From assembly GCF_006345805.1 (NCBI RefSeq), contig NC_042997.1, positions 185,380,001-185,444,000 on the forward strand: DNA of 64,000 nucleotides, read 5' to 3'. Positions within the stretch are counted from its first letter, which is position 1. Each line of letters starts with the position of its first letter. Below the pieces are notes generated by a model that worked only from the letters and a program-made list of their open reading frames with translations, was not told where the DNA came from and searched no databases. Origin of the DNA: Octopus sinensis. Taxonomy: Eukaryota. A program made the translations under genes and the position numbers. Positions 1-12,591 of the stretch are shown one piece after another.

Positions 1-114
1 ATATATTGGTGAAATAGAAAGATGAATAATCTTGTGCAGATTAATCAAAAGTTTAACCGATACCTTGGTAGCAAAAATCACAGCAGAAGAAAGCATGGTT
101 GGAGGTACAACCAT
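1..114 (-). CDS. Candidate N-terminus of a PLE ORF running off the left edge of the window
   Basis: ATG at 114 (-), 38 open codons to position 1 (MVVPPTMLSSAVIFATKVSVKLLINLHKIIHLSISPIY), directly downstream of the minus-strand HHR-bearing repeat. No homology proven. Confidence 0.3.
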   Translation of the reverse strand, partial: MVVPPTMLSSAVIFATKVSVKLLINLHKIIHLSISPIY

Positions 115-219
115 ATGGAGTTGCAACCGTGCGTTGGTGCGGATAATTGAATTTTAATATTATTAGTGAATTGAAGAAATGGAGTTGAACGAAGATTGAA
201 CAGAAATCCTTTTATTGCA

Positions 220-299
220 TTCTACACGTGTTTCGAAAGCCACAATTTACCAAATTCCGATTGAATAAGGAGCCCATATTATGTCTTTCTCTTCAGGAA
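220..299 (-). ncRNA. Type I hammerhead ribozyme (inverted copy)
   Basis: Minus strand reads UUC-CUGAAGA-GAAAG(A)CAUAAU...AUUGUG(G)CUUUC-GAAA-CACGUG-UA/GAA. Stem III is the palindrome ACACGUGU. Confidence 0.85.
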
Positions 300-587
300 G
301 AAATAGGAATTCCGTTGGCAGAACAAAAACAGAACAGAGGCGCAGCAAATCGAACGAGGAGGCTCCTAAGAGCCCATGGCCAAACTGTTTATCAATGTAT
401 GTTGAAATCGGGTGGTGGGTGCGTTGAAGATATTTACAGGTCAGGCAGCGGTCAATCCGGTGGGTGAGAGCACGGGGTGCGTAGATGTTCTTTGTGACCG
501 AGACTAAGGTTCTGACTATTTTAAGAATATTAGGTGTATTATATGGGGCGAGACAAAGTCACTATTAACTAACGGAATAACCCCTGA

Positions 588-1109
588 TTCTTCACTATCA
601 CTCAGAGTGCTGTAATTGCTAGTGAAAATAAAGTAGTAAGCGGCTGCAGTTCTCGCAATCAATATAGTAACAGTAACGCAGTTCTATTTTCAGAAACTAA
701 TCCTAATAGAATAAGGTTCATGTCGGGGAACTCCAAGATCAGAAATGCCGTTTACCAATGCAAGGTTTACACGGACTCAGATGTCTACTCATATGTCGGG
801 GCCTCATCGTCAAAATTGGCCTTACGAATCTCCAACCATTACGCAACTTTTCGCGACGTGAATAAATTCCAAGCCACGGGACTTAGCAAGCTAATATGGC
901 GATTGAAGAATACGAACTCAAGCTACAGCCTGGAATGGTCAATTTTGTCGGTGGCCCTCCCATTTGATAGGGGCAGAAGGAAGTGCAACCTTTGTGTCTC
1001 TGAGCTTTTCCATATATTGTTCGCCAGAGACAGGATGGTAAACGGACTTTTACAGTCGGCTTTTCGATGCCCACATTGGCGGTGTTATACTTATCTTGCT
1101 TATAAATGA
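588..1109 (+). CDS. GIY-YIG endonuclease domain of a PLE (5'-truncated, Naiad-like motif layout)
   Basis: Frame open 588-1109 (ATG at 720). Motifs AVY..YVG, RISNH, LSKLIW, CNLC..E, VN, CPH match the PLE endonuclease with a C-terminal CxxC/CxH module. Confidence 0.85.
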   Translation, partial: FFTITQSAVIASENKVVSGCSSRNQYSNSNAVLFSETNPNRIRFMSGNSKIRNAVYQCKVYTDSDVYSYVGASSSKLALRISNHYATFRDVNKFQATGLSKLIWRLKNTNSSYSLEWSILSVALPFDRGRRKCNLCVSELFHILFARDRMVNGLLQSAFRCPHWRCYTYLAYK

Positions 1110-1284
1110 CGCTTATAAATGATACCTGCACCCGGTTACCCTACTTATATGAGAATAGCCCTTGGAAATAATGTTTTGAAAAAGCTTTTTAAGATAGATA
1201 TGATTAACCCTTGCAAGGGGAATTACTCCCATTAGGCGAATGGTGTTTAGTTTTGACGACGTGAGTTTTGTTTTGACAAAGCAT

Positions 1285-1484
1285 GATTAGACGAACACAC
1301 GAACACATAAAATATTTTCTGCCGCCTGACGGATTTTTCAGCAGTGACCATTGTGTAGCGCTTTTTACCAACTTACGGCCGCGCGATTAAACGAACACAC
1401 GAACACATAAAATATTTTCTGCCGCCTGACGGATTTTTCAGCAGTGACCATTGTGTAGCGCTTTTTACCAACTTACGGCCGCGC
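1285..1484 (+). repeat. Direct tandem repeat, 2 x 100 bp
   Basis: 1285-1384 and 1385-1484 are identical except G1290/A1390. Confidence 0.95.
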
Positions 1485-1782
1485 ACATATAGAACAGTTC
1501 ACACACACATGTTTCTAAGTAGATTTTGGCTCGCCCCATATAATACACCTAATATTCTTAAAATAGTCAGAACCTTAGTCTCGGTCACAAAGAACATCTA
1601 CGCACCCCGTGCTCTCACCCACCGGATTGACCTCTGCCTGACCTGTAAATATCTTCAACGCACCCACCACCCGATTTCAACATACATTGATAAACAGTTT
1701 GGCCATGGGCTCTTAGGAGCCTCCTCGTTCGATTTGCTGCGCCTCTGTTCTGTTTTTGTTCTTCCAACGGAATTCCTATTTC

Positions 1783-1862
1783 TTCCTGATGAGAAAGACA
1801 TAATATGGGCTCCTTATTCAATCGGAATTTGGTAAATTATGGCTTTCGAAACACGTGTAGAA
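1783..1862 (+). ncRNA. Type I hammerhead ribozyme with long stem II
   Basis: Stem I UUC/GAA, CUGAUGA 1786-1792, stem II GAAAG/CUUUC plus CAUAAU/AUUAUG, GAAA 1848-1851, palindromic stem III, predicted cut after GUA at 1859. Confidence 0.88.
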
Positions 1863-1925
1863 TACAATAAAAGGATTTCTGTTCAATCTTCGTTCAACTC
1901 CATTTCTTCAATTCACTAATAATAT

Positions 1926-1926
<1 letters not shown>

Positions 1927-1959
<33 letters not shown>

Positions 1960-1977
1960 GTGTGTGTGTGTGTGTGT

Positions 1978-2018
<41 letters not shown>
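1927..2018. repeat. (TA)n(TG)n microsatellite followed by a short SINE-A fragment (to about 2064)
   Basis: Direct inspection. Confidence 0.9.
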
Positions 2019-2020
<2 letters not shown>

Positions 2021-2064
2021 CGGCTTCTTTCAGTTTCCATCTACCAAATCCGCTCGCAAAGCTT

Positions 2065-2717
2065 CTCAGCTATCTGAAAGAATTTCTAATCATTACTCTG
2101 AATTTAGGGATAGTAATAATAAACCAACAGAAGAGGGCTTAGTAAATTAGTTTGGTATCTAAAAGACCATAATAAACAATTTAATTTAGATTAGTTGACT
2201 CTCTCCGTTTCATTCCCATGTGATAAATGTAAAGAATTCTGCCAACTCTGTAATAGTGAACTATTTTCTAAGAATCCTCTTGTAAACACGTTTATAGAGC
2301 GTGCTTATCGATGTAAACATTGGCAGAATCATACCTTTGGTTCATATAAGTGATATCTACCTTTCTATATAATTTGAACATTGATTTTCTTCTAACATTT
2401 ACATCCACTAGATATATCTATTTCCAAGCCTTTAAGCTTTTATTTTAATTCAACATATCGCTCTATATCTATTAGTTTTCTGCTTATTTCTTTCCTTTCC
2501 CCCTTCTCTTTCTGTAGGCTACCTTTGACGTTATATCTTCTAACGGTTTTAAAAAAAAACTTAATAGCGTTCCGTTCATCATTATACACATCCATCACAT
2601 TCTGTTAAAATGTCTTATTGATGAGTGTGGTTTCTTTCATTCTTTCCCTGATAAGAAGATTACATTGTTTTACACATTCTATTTCTTTGGAATAATACCA
2701 ATGTTGTCTTCGAAACA
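2065..2717 (+). pseudogene. Degraded PLE 3' end: GIY-YIG endonuclease remnant, 3' UTR and truncated HHR
   Basis: ERISNHYSEFRD, GLSKLVWYLK, CQLCNSELF..LVN..YRCKHW..YK* (stop about 2353) with frameshift and stops. Followed by CUGAUAA-GAAGAU...GUCUUC-GAAACA at 2648-2717. Confidence 0.85.
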
Positions 2718-3200
2718 GGTCCTTCTAAGTTTCTGGTAGCGGTGTTACTTCGTATATCTTTAGTGGGATGGTTTAGGTGTTCAATAGGTGGTCGTACTCC
2801 CCTAGGGTTAAGTTTAGAGAGTCGTTCTTTAAGCTTAGTGTTTATTATAAATCTAATTTTCTGAGAGAAACCACTAACAGCTAGATCTTGGTTAAAGCTA
2901 GATCTTGGCATAGTTATTGAAGATTTCCTCAGTGGCGGAGAGATCCTATGTCCAGATAGATATGCCTTTGATTATACTTTCGAATGTAGATTTATGGTGG
3001 TTAGATTCTGCGTTGATGTACCTAAGGTATTGATTGGCTTTCTGATTGGGGAAGTAAAATGAAGAAGTTAAATCTAAAGCAACATTTAGAAAGTTGGCTG
3101 TTTTGTATGAGTTTTCAAAAGAGATAGATAGGTGCAGATTTATGTTAGGCACGTTGTAATTAACAGTACATCATCCCTATACAAACATCCTTTGATATTA
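2718..3200 (-). pseudogene. PLE reverse transcriptase fragment (catalytic motif and thumb)
   Basis: CLYRDDVL with YRDD at 3181-3170, then NFLNVALDL, YINAESNH, KGIS, LAVSGF. Frameshifted. Confidence 0.85.
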
Positions 3201-3344
3201 GGGAAGTGCATGTGGAGTTGTTGAAGGAAGTTTAGTCGAACTTTTATTTCTTTATTCTCTACTCTTCTATTTCATTGTTTATTATCTGCGAATTTTCCAT
3301 GTCTAGAACTGTTATCTGAATATTTCCATGTCTAGATCTATCAT

Positions 3345-3540
3345 ATATTCTCTACTTGTCACTGATGGCGGAATACCCCGTTTTCAAGCATCCTCGCCTA
3401 TCGCTTGGGATATCCCAGAAACAGCTGTAAGGCCAACTAATTTAAGAATAATATAAAATAATGTATATGAATTGAGATGCTTGCCATTGCTCGGCGCTTG
3501 TTGTCCTCTTTCACAAATATTTCACAAATATATTTTGTAT
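3345..3540 (+). mobile_element. PLE pLTR remnant with degenerate HHR (same family as 61330-61690)
   Basis: CTGATGG 3362-3368 ... GGGATATCCCA-GAAA-CAGCTG-TA. Shares ATTGAGATGC, TTGTCCTCT and ACAAATATATTTT with the 61.5 kb copy. Confidence 0.65.
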
Positions 3541-3544
3541 ATAT

Positions 3545-3554
3545 ACACACACAC

Positions 3555-3600
<46 letters not shown>

Positions 3601-3660
3601 TATATACATATATAATATATATATATATATACATTTACATATATATATAATATATATACA

Positions 3661-3714
<54 letters not shown>

Positions 3715-3720
3715 CAATAT

Positions 3721-3774
<54 letters not shown>

Positions 3775-3890
3775 TGTCTCTTTCTCTCCGTCTCTTTCTC
3801 TCTCTATATATACGTCTATATATATTACATATATATTCATATATATATGTGTGTGTGTATATATATGTGTGCGTGAGTGTATGTATGTAT
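3545..3890. repeat. (TA)n-rich microsatellite block
   Basis: Direct inspection. Confidence 0.95.
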
Positions 3891-5412
3891 CACTACCTTT
3901 CTGTTCGTCAACATGTTATCATAAAATGTACATAGTATTATATTTACGTAAAGCTTTTCACTTAAAGTGTTTTCTGTCTTGCTCATTTCTGACTCATTGA
4001 AAATTAGTTATAACAGGATTAAGGTCAAAGGTGAATACTGCATATTGGGATGTCTGTTCAAAGCTGATGAGCAGAGAAATAAAAGCAAAGGCAAAGAACA
4101 AGATCGCCACATGCCATCCTAGATTTGCATCCCAGTTCCCGCTATACAGAAACTTCAATTACTCTTGTTCATAATTGTATCTCTTTTGAACTCTTTTATT
4201 ACGCATGTTTTTTTTTTTTTTCCTTTATACTATCTGAAAGTGAATATCAACTGCATCGTCGTCATACATAGTTATTCTTGCCAGCCTATATAAAAGGGGG
4301 GTTGATGGAGAACAGCTTCTTCCTCTTAAATTTAATTAATGAAATTTCAATATTTTGAAATCATTTTATTGAAAATCAATTTTCCTTTTCTTATTTTGTC
4401 TAAATTATGCTAAGCATATTCTGGTCGTTTTATTTGCAGTTTTACGTTTTACGTTCCAGTGTAACACATTAATTTTGATGGGTTTTCTTTGATGAGAAGT
4501 GTAAGCCTCATGATTCAGTCCGAAATAGCAACCCGTTTATTTACAGCTTCCAAAAGATCCCTGTATTATGTATATTACATTCCCTTATTATTAACTAAAT
4601 CTCCTTTGTCTGTGGATTAATGCGTTTACCTACACACACCTGTGTGTAAGAATTATCAATAACATTCTTTCCTCTAGCTTACAAGTACAAATGAAATTAG
4701 CATGGCATCCGATATGTGCCTAACTGAAGGTTCCTGATTAGTGTATCAGGGAAGGAAATTTAGTTAAAATAATGAACTTAGATTAAATCATGTCTTATCT
4801 ATCATTCATAGTTGCAATCGTAGTGGAGATTATTTTGTTTTTTATTATCCTCAGAGACTATTATTTTACATTTATATCATATATTTCAGTTAGAATATGT
4901 AGAATTTCACGAAATAAAATTATCGAGAAGTATTTTATGTCTATTCTAGAATATTTTCTCTTTGTGATTCAGCTACATTATCTTATATTTGTGGTTCTAT
5001 ACTTTGTTATATTATATTTTATGATAGTATTAATTAATTATTTATGAGAGAACGTTGAATGAATGTGGGTGATGCCTACAAGAATATAATAGATGAGATA
5101 GCATCTATCAAAATATATAATATGGAATTTATTACTGATAAGTTATAATCTTAGCGATAAAACTGCATTCCTATGAATTCTGATGCAGATGCTTGAAAGT
5201 CTTATCACATGCCGAAATAATTTATGCTATTTTCTAAAATAATATAGATTACAAAAGAGAAAGTATTATTTTTGTCTGTAGTCTAAAAGAGAACCGACAT
5301 GTAAATTCCGTTTGTATATTCTACAATGAGATCTACTCGGATTTCATACTTATCTTTCAAAGTAACTCGAACACTTTCACATCTTTCTCTTTACTGATTC
5401 TTAGGGATTATT

Positions 5413-6200
5413 ATGTGATAGAGTCAACATTTACTGGTTGAACTGCTTTGGTGGAAGAGAGAATCTTCGGTCCAAACATGCTGTCTGAATCAAACGTAAG
5501 GTACTTTTCGTTAGTTGAAAAATCTGCATATAGTTTGAATTAATACAGTGTAGATTTTCAGGAGATTAGAAATTGACCATGTGCAAGTTTTTCTGATGAT
5601 GGTTCTGTAGTATCTCCAGTTATGAAAGATTATCTGGATTTTCAGTTCTGTATTGTTTGTAATTTCAGGATGCTTTGGTGTCTGGTATGACTTTGATAAC
5701 CATGTTATGTTTAACTGAAGTACATTTAGATACCTGGTCCCCGAGAATCCAGGCAATTTCAATCAAGGCTGTAGAGGTTTTTCTGTCCTTCCAAATGAAT
5801 GTATATAGTTGCTGGTAATGATAGTTTTTCTAACGTGAATTCTAATAAACTGGCGCATGTTTCACAGCATCTTAGTTCTCTTAGTTTGAAACGTATGCAG
5901 AGGAAGGTTTTAAATTTTATTCCGTGAATAACCATAAAATACAGAGATCAGTTATATGAATAATATATATCGCTTCTGATTTCGAACATAATTTTCTAAA
6001 GAGTGCATCAGAAGGGATTTCTGATGCATTGTTGATGCATCGGGCAGAATACCTTGTTTTTGATTTTACATTCTGAACTGAAATCCTGGCGCGGTCAAAT
6101 TTGCTTTTATCTTTCTGGGATCGAAAAAATATATCATCCAAGTGCTGGCCATCGATATAATCTACGTATACTGCTATCTCCCAGGCTTTCTGAAGCTGAG
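5413..6200 (-). pseudogene. Degraded LINE apurinic-type endonuclease fragment
   Basis: EIAVYV..., IYIIHITDL (GDxN-like), TFIW...STALIEIAWI...SVKHNMVI (xDY/SDH-like). Multiple stops. Confidence 0.55.
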
Positions 6201-7665
6201 AAACTATAATGAATTTTCTTAGTTGTGGTTACGCTTTAATGGCTGAGAAGGCTTTAAAGCTCATCAGCTACAGTATCCCTATGAGAAATGGTGGATCTAA
6301 GAATTAATTGCTTTTAATAGTATAATGACAGAATAATGTCACATATTTCTAACAATTAACGGGATATATGGTATTTCATTCATGCTAGAAGCAAATCGAC
6401 CAAAGAACAATAGATCAGACAAAACAATTATTATGGACAAAGGAAATTACTAAGACCGTATCTTGGATCGTCTGATATCTTGGATAGTCTGATTCGGTGT
6501 TAGAACGACATTCTTTCGTTTGTGTGCCTTTCGTGTCCACGTAATCATTAAAATTAATGCCAATAATATACTGTTTTAATCAAAATGACTTGCACATCAG
6601 AGTGAAAACATAATTTTTTTCCTTTTGATTAAACGGAATTCTTTCTAATCTAGGGGTATTATAAATTATTTGACATGATTTTTATGCTTTTCATTTGGAT
6701 GTTGGCTTAATTAAGCGAAGAAACAAAGCAAGCTATTTGGTAGACCAAGAGCTTACATCGTAACCTTCAACGTTTCCTTTAGAATAAAATCAGTATTAAG
6801 CAACTACAAATGTTAATATGACGAGTCAGTCTTCCAATTCCTCATTCACATATCTTTGGTGCTGCAATATTTTTTTATCTAGACAATGATAGCCATATTT
6901 TTTTATAGAGGAGGGAATTACAAAGTGAACATACAGTATATCTTAATTCAATGAATGAATATATGTTAGCATTTACTAACAATTTTTTTTTTGCAGATGT
7001 GGACATTAATTACATTGTAGCCGACTCAATAAACACCACTCACTACTCTTTCATACCCAGATAATTTGCGTAGGGCATTATTTTTAATATAAGCAATGAT
7101 ATTTGTTTCTTGTGAATATAATTTCATACATATATATGTCAGCTTGTAGAGTGATGTTAATTCCACAACAAAATTTACTATACGTAAGAAACTAGTCTCT
7201 GTACTGACACATTTTTTCTTGAATTCGGAGTTTTTTTTTAGATTTTTGCCGTAATCAGCAAGCTCTCAGATACTGTATTCCACCAATCTAATATAAACCC
7301 ACATATTACAAAAGTCACAAAGGTTTCAATGATAATACAACCAGTAATTTGATGGATACATTGGTGGCTATACTCCTTTTCTTTTCTCACGTACATACAG
7401 ACATATATACTTGTACATTGTACATTTATATGCAGTACATGCACACACACACATATATATGAAAATTACACAATACAGCTCAGAATACATTTTTAGGAAT
7501 CATTTGAGAAATCATTTGAGAAATCTTTTTATTGTCACTTAGAATTTAATGCACGTAATATATTCGCAACCGATCCGTCAACGTTTTGTAAATGAATAAA
7601 ATAGTGTCCATAACGCACTATATAGACTCCGATTATTATTGATCGAGGTGGTTATATAATTAAAT

Positions 7666-8073
7666 ATGTGATAGAGTCAACATTTACTGGTTGAACTGCT
7701 TTGGTGGAAGAGAGAATCTTCGGTCCAAACATGCTGTCTGAATCAAATGTAAGGTACTTTTCGTTAATTGAAAAATCTGCTTGGAGTTTGAATTAATACA
7801 GTGTAGATTTTCAGGAGATTAGAAATTGACCATGTGCAAGTTTTTTCTGATGATGGTTCTGTAGTATCTCTAGTTACGAAAGATTATCTGGATTTTTAGT
7901 TCTGTATCGTTTGTAATTTCAGAATGCTTTGGTGTCTGGTATGACTTTGATAACCATGTTACGTTTAGCTGAAGTACATTTAGATACCTGGTCCCCGAGA
8001 CTCCAGGCAAATTCAATCAAGGCTGTAGAGGTTTTTCTGTCCTTCCATATGAATGTATATAGTTGCTGGTAAT
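7666..8073 (-). repeat. Direct duplicate of 5413-5819
   Basis: About 407 bp, roughly 95% identical by eye. Confidence 0.95.
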
Positions 8074-8089
8074 AACCAGTTTTTAATGA

Positions 8090-8345
8090 GTTGGCAATGA
8101 GTTTGTCAAATATTCTTTTCCAAATACCCCGGAGTTATATCGATCCTTTTTTGCATTACTGCTTTAGACAACCTTTGTGATACTCTAAGTGTGTAGGCAG
8201 GAGTATATCTGCAATTGCAACTTGGCTTTTGAAATAAGAGCTTTCGGTTGTGGTATCTGATCTGGGAAGCGATGTCACCCAGGCAGCCATAGATCAACTT
8301 GACGTTATTGATGTTGAAGTGCTTGTTGCATTTATGTGTCAGCTA
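8090..8345 (-). pseudogene. PLE RT-endonuclease linker fragment
   Basis: HKCNKHFNINNVKLIYGCLGDIASQIRYHNRKLL..CNCR matches the PLE linker pattern FNxNxVKxSYSC...HNxK...CNCR. Confidence 0.7.
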
Positions 8346-9461
8346 CAAATATTGTCTTATTAAGGATAGCCTATTCTTGGCTATTTTAGTACCTAAATTC
8401 ATGTTGAGTGATACTTCAAATTATGTTACTTTCCTGTAACATTATTTTCTATATCATATACTTGTGAGCTGCTTCTTCTTGTATAATACTTACTCGCTAA
8501 TCTCATCGCTGTAGAGTAAAATGATAGGAAAGATTTGAATAAAATGCATAAAAAAACATCGGTGAATTTAACCAAATATTAGCATGAGTCATTTTCTAAA
8601 TACAGACAACAATAACGGAGAATATAATTTGATAGGAGATATAGTTTCTTTCATATTCCATAAAATCATGGATAAAAGCATATTATATGAAGTGCACTGG
8701 ATTAAGTTATTTAAAACAATACAGTTTGTTTCCGATTCTGAGTAATTACTTAATAACAATATCAGTGTAGATCTATTTTTCAAGTCTCGTGGTGCACCTA
8801 AGCATGAGATAAATTGCCCTTAGAAAGCGGTTGCTAATTATTCTTAATTCAGTTTTGGAGGAGGGTTAAATCTACATTTAGAGTTTAAAGGGGAAACTTG
8901 CCGTATAATTAATAAAGAGATACAACGTTTTCGCTTAATAATGCAGTTCATGCAGTCTTCTATTTTTGACTAGAAAGCCAGTTCATTTCCTATATTATTT
9001 ATAGTATTTTAGTCAGCAGGGCTGTTTTATACATCAGTGCAATTTAGAGTGCATAGTGATGTTTCGTTCGCATACATTCTTTTGTATTATACTCTGAATG
9101 CACTGTAAAGTATGGCGTTATAAAAACTACCAGTTTTTAGCCACCGCTGTGTTACATAAAGGAATGTACCGGAAAATCTAAATAAAATGTTTCATTTCTC
9201 TGCAAGTAAGTGGAAGTTAGTGGAATGTTTGAAATGTTTCATTATATTACTCGGGGTACTTCAGAAAGAGTTGTTATGTTGTAAAGTTACTGTTTTTATC
9301 TGAATGATGAGGTTGGCTTTGAGGTTTTAAAGTTCATTCGTGAGAGTGATGTTATAGTTGCAAAATGAAAAAGGCTGTACTCTCTTGTGTTATTCATAGC
9401 GTCTCCTCTCTTTGTTAATGGATCTATTGTGCTTGACTATTTCAATATATACATTCATAAA

Positions 9462-9832
9462 GGGGGCAACCTGGCAGAAACGTTAGCACGCCGTGCGAAA
9501 TGCATTGTAGTATTTCGTCTGCCGCAACGTTCTGTGTTCAAATTCCGCCGAGGTCGACTTTGCCTTTCGTCCTTTCGGGGTCGATAAATTAAGTACCAGT
9601 TACACACTAGAGTCGATGTAATCGACTTAATCCATTCATCTGTCCTTGTTTGTCCCCTCTGTGTTTAGCCCCTTGTGGGTAGTAAAGAAATAGGTATTTC
9701 ATCTGTCTTTATGTTCTGAGTTCAAGTTACGCCGAGGTCGACTTTGTTTTTCATACTTTCGGGGTCGATTAAATAAGTACTAGTTGCGTACTGGGATCGA
9801 TGTAATCGACTTAATCCGTTTGTCTGTCTTTG
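9462..9832 (+). mobile_element. tRNA-derived SINE family B, dimer
   Basis: A-box CTGGCAGAAACGTTAG, B-box-like GTTCAAATTCC, body GCCTTTCATCCTTTCGGGGTCGAT. Second unit starts at 9693. Confidence 0.9.
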
Positions 9833-9886
<54 letters not shown>

Positions 9887-10073
9887 ATACACACCATATG
9901 TGTGTTTGTGTGTGTGTAATAAAGATAATCTGAACTCGACTGAGGAAAGAAAACGCCGAATGACCCGTCCATGTGTCCTTTGCATCATCTGTCTGGATTT
10001 ATTGCGTTCTTGTCCCATTTTTGTATCTTTTATATATAAAAATATAGCGGCGTACGTACACTTTGGTCTCTCT

Positions 10074-10620
<547 letters not shown>

Positions 10621-11084
10621 TAAGAGAAAGTTTTTAAAAAATGAGGCAAGAACAGCAACAACAGGAATAATAACGATAGCAATAACAAAATCAAAACAAT
10701 ACCAATAAAAATATATAACAATATATATAACATTAGGAAAAAAAAATGAAAGACAAACCAAGAAATAAGATTAGTAATATATGGGTGAGTTTGAAATAAA
10801 AAAGTTTTTTTTTTTTTTCCATGATGGTCTCAATAATTAACAAAGTGAGATTCTTTTGAAGTTGGACAACGTCCTATTTTTTTGACTAGACATAAACAGC
10901 AGTTATTGTCCAGTTGCATTCAAACTGGTTCTTCCATATCGATTGACTCAATTACGAAGACAGAGATAAATGATCGACAGAAAGCGATACATACCTACAG
11001 CTTCCAGTAGGATGAAAAAGAAATTGATGCGAGGACACGAACCCACAAGCGCATAACACGCACATTGGAAATTCGAATACATAT

Positions 11085-12466
11085 ACATGCATATATATAT
11101 ATATATAATATATATATATATATATAATATATATATATATATGTTATATATTATGTATATATATATATATTGTGTATATATATTTATTCTATATATATTT
11201 TTTTCTTGTGTATGTATATATATATTGTATATATGATTATTATATTATACATATAAATATATATATGCACATATTTTTTGTGTGTATATATATATTCTAT
11301 ATATATTTTTATTGTGCATGTATATATATATATTGTATATATGATTATATATATTATACATATAAATATATATATGCATATATTTTTTGTGTATATATAT
11401 ATTATATTGTATATATATATATATATATATATAACTATACATATACTGTATATATATATATATAACTATACATATATTGTATATATATATATATATATAT
11501 AACTATACATATACTGCATATATATAACTATACATATACGTATATATATATATATAATATAAAACTATACATATACGGGATATAGATAACTATACATATA
11601 CTGTATATATATATATATATATAATGTATATATATATTTATAAATATTGTATATATATATATATATTATAACTATACATATACTGTATATATATATAATA
11701 TATATATATATATTAACTATACATATACTGTATATATATATACATATATATATATAACTATACATACACTGTATATATATATATATATAATATATATATA
11801 TATTAACTACACATATACTGTATATATATATAACTATACATATACTGTGTATATATATATATATATATATACACATATATATATGTATGTATGTATATAT
11901 ATATTTAAACGTACTTTCACATCATACAAACGGACAGACACAGATGTAGCTATACTGATGCAGTATTACACGTATATGCATGCGCGCCCACATAAGAAGA
12001 TACACAAACACCGATATAACGTTATACAACCTATTTTTGTTATCATATACTATATAAATGTGAGTGTGTATATCTATGTATGCGCGTGGCACAGAAAATA
12101 TAGCGTTATTCTCGTTTTATCAATTTCTAATATTATTCTTTGTCTTTTTCGTATGAATTCTTTGCAATTTGTTTGGAAGAAAATGGTTGTTACTTCGAAG
12201 AGCATTTAGATTCTCTTCTACAAAGATAAAGAAATTTTCCAAATAAAAGAAATAGTAATCAACAACGGCTTTTCTAAGAAAACTAAGAGAAAATTCGAGA
12301 TAAGAATATAGACATAAATACTTCAGACGCAATAGTTATTAAAACTACAGAAACCATACATAAACTACTTTACAAGGATTATATATATATATAGATATAT
12401 ATATATATATATATAACTATACATATACTGTATATATATATACATATATATATAACTATACATACA

Positions 12467-12510
<44 letters not shown>

Positions 12511-12556
12511 CTACACATATACTGTATATATATATAACTATACATATACTGTGTAT

Positions 12557-12591
<35 letters not shown>

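Larger units (their letters stand above)
156..1926. mobile_element. Penelope-like element with inverted terminal arms (pLTR-like), each carrying a hammerhead ribozyme
   Basis: 156-552 is the reverse complement of 1530-1926 (397 bp, 5 substitutions seen). The arms enclose a GIY-YIG ORF, and (TA)n follows the right end. Confidence 0.88.

Noticed and set aside
570-1280. Selenocysteine recoding (in-frame TGA at 585, SECIS in the 3' UTR), as described for some Naiad PLEs
   Set aside because: An in-frame TAA lies at 570, and I could not fold a SECIS downstream of 1109 or 2353.
1285-1484. CRISPR-like array
   Set aside because: Only two abutting units, no spacers, and a eukaryotic context.
4060-4155. 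CTGATGA as an HHR core or snoRNA C box
   Set aside because: No paired stem II adjacent to GAAA and no D box with a terminal stem.
4724-4765. CTGAAGG-stem-GGAAA hammerhead-like motif
   Set aside because: A9 is changed, and there is no stem III, cleavage triplet or stem I.
8520-8760. Possible second-type PLE endonuclease remnant (SHF...EVHWIKLFKT)
   Set aside because: Only two short motifs, with no clear GIY/YIG. Too weak to call.
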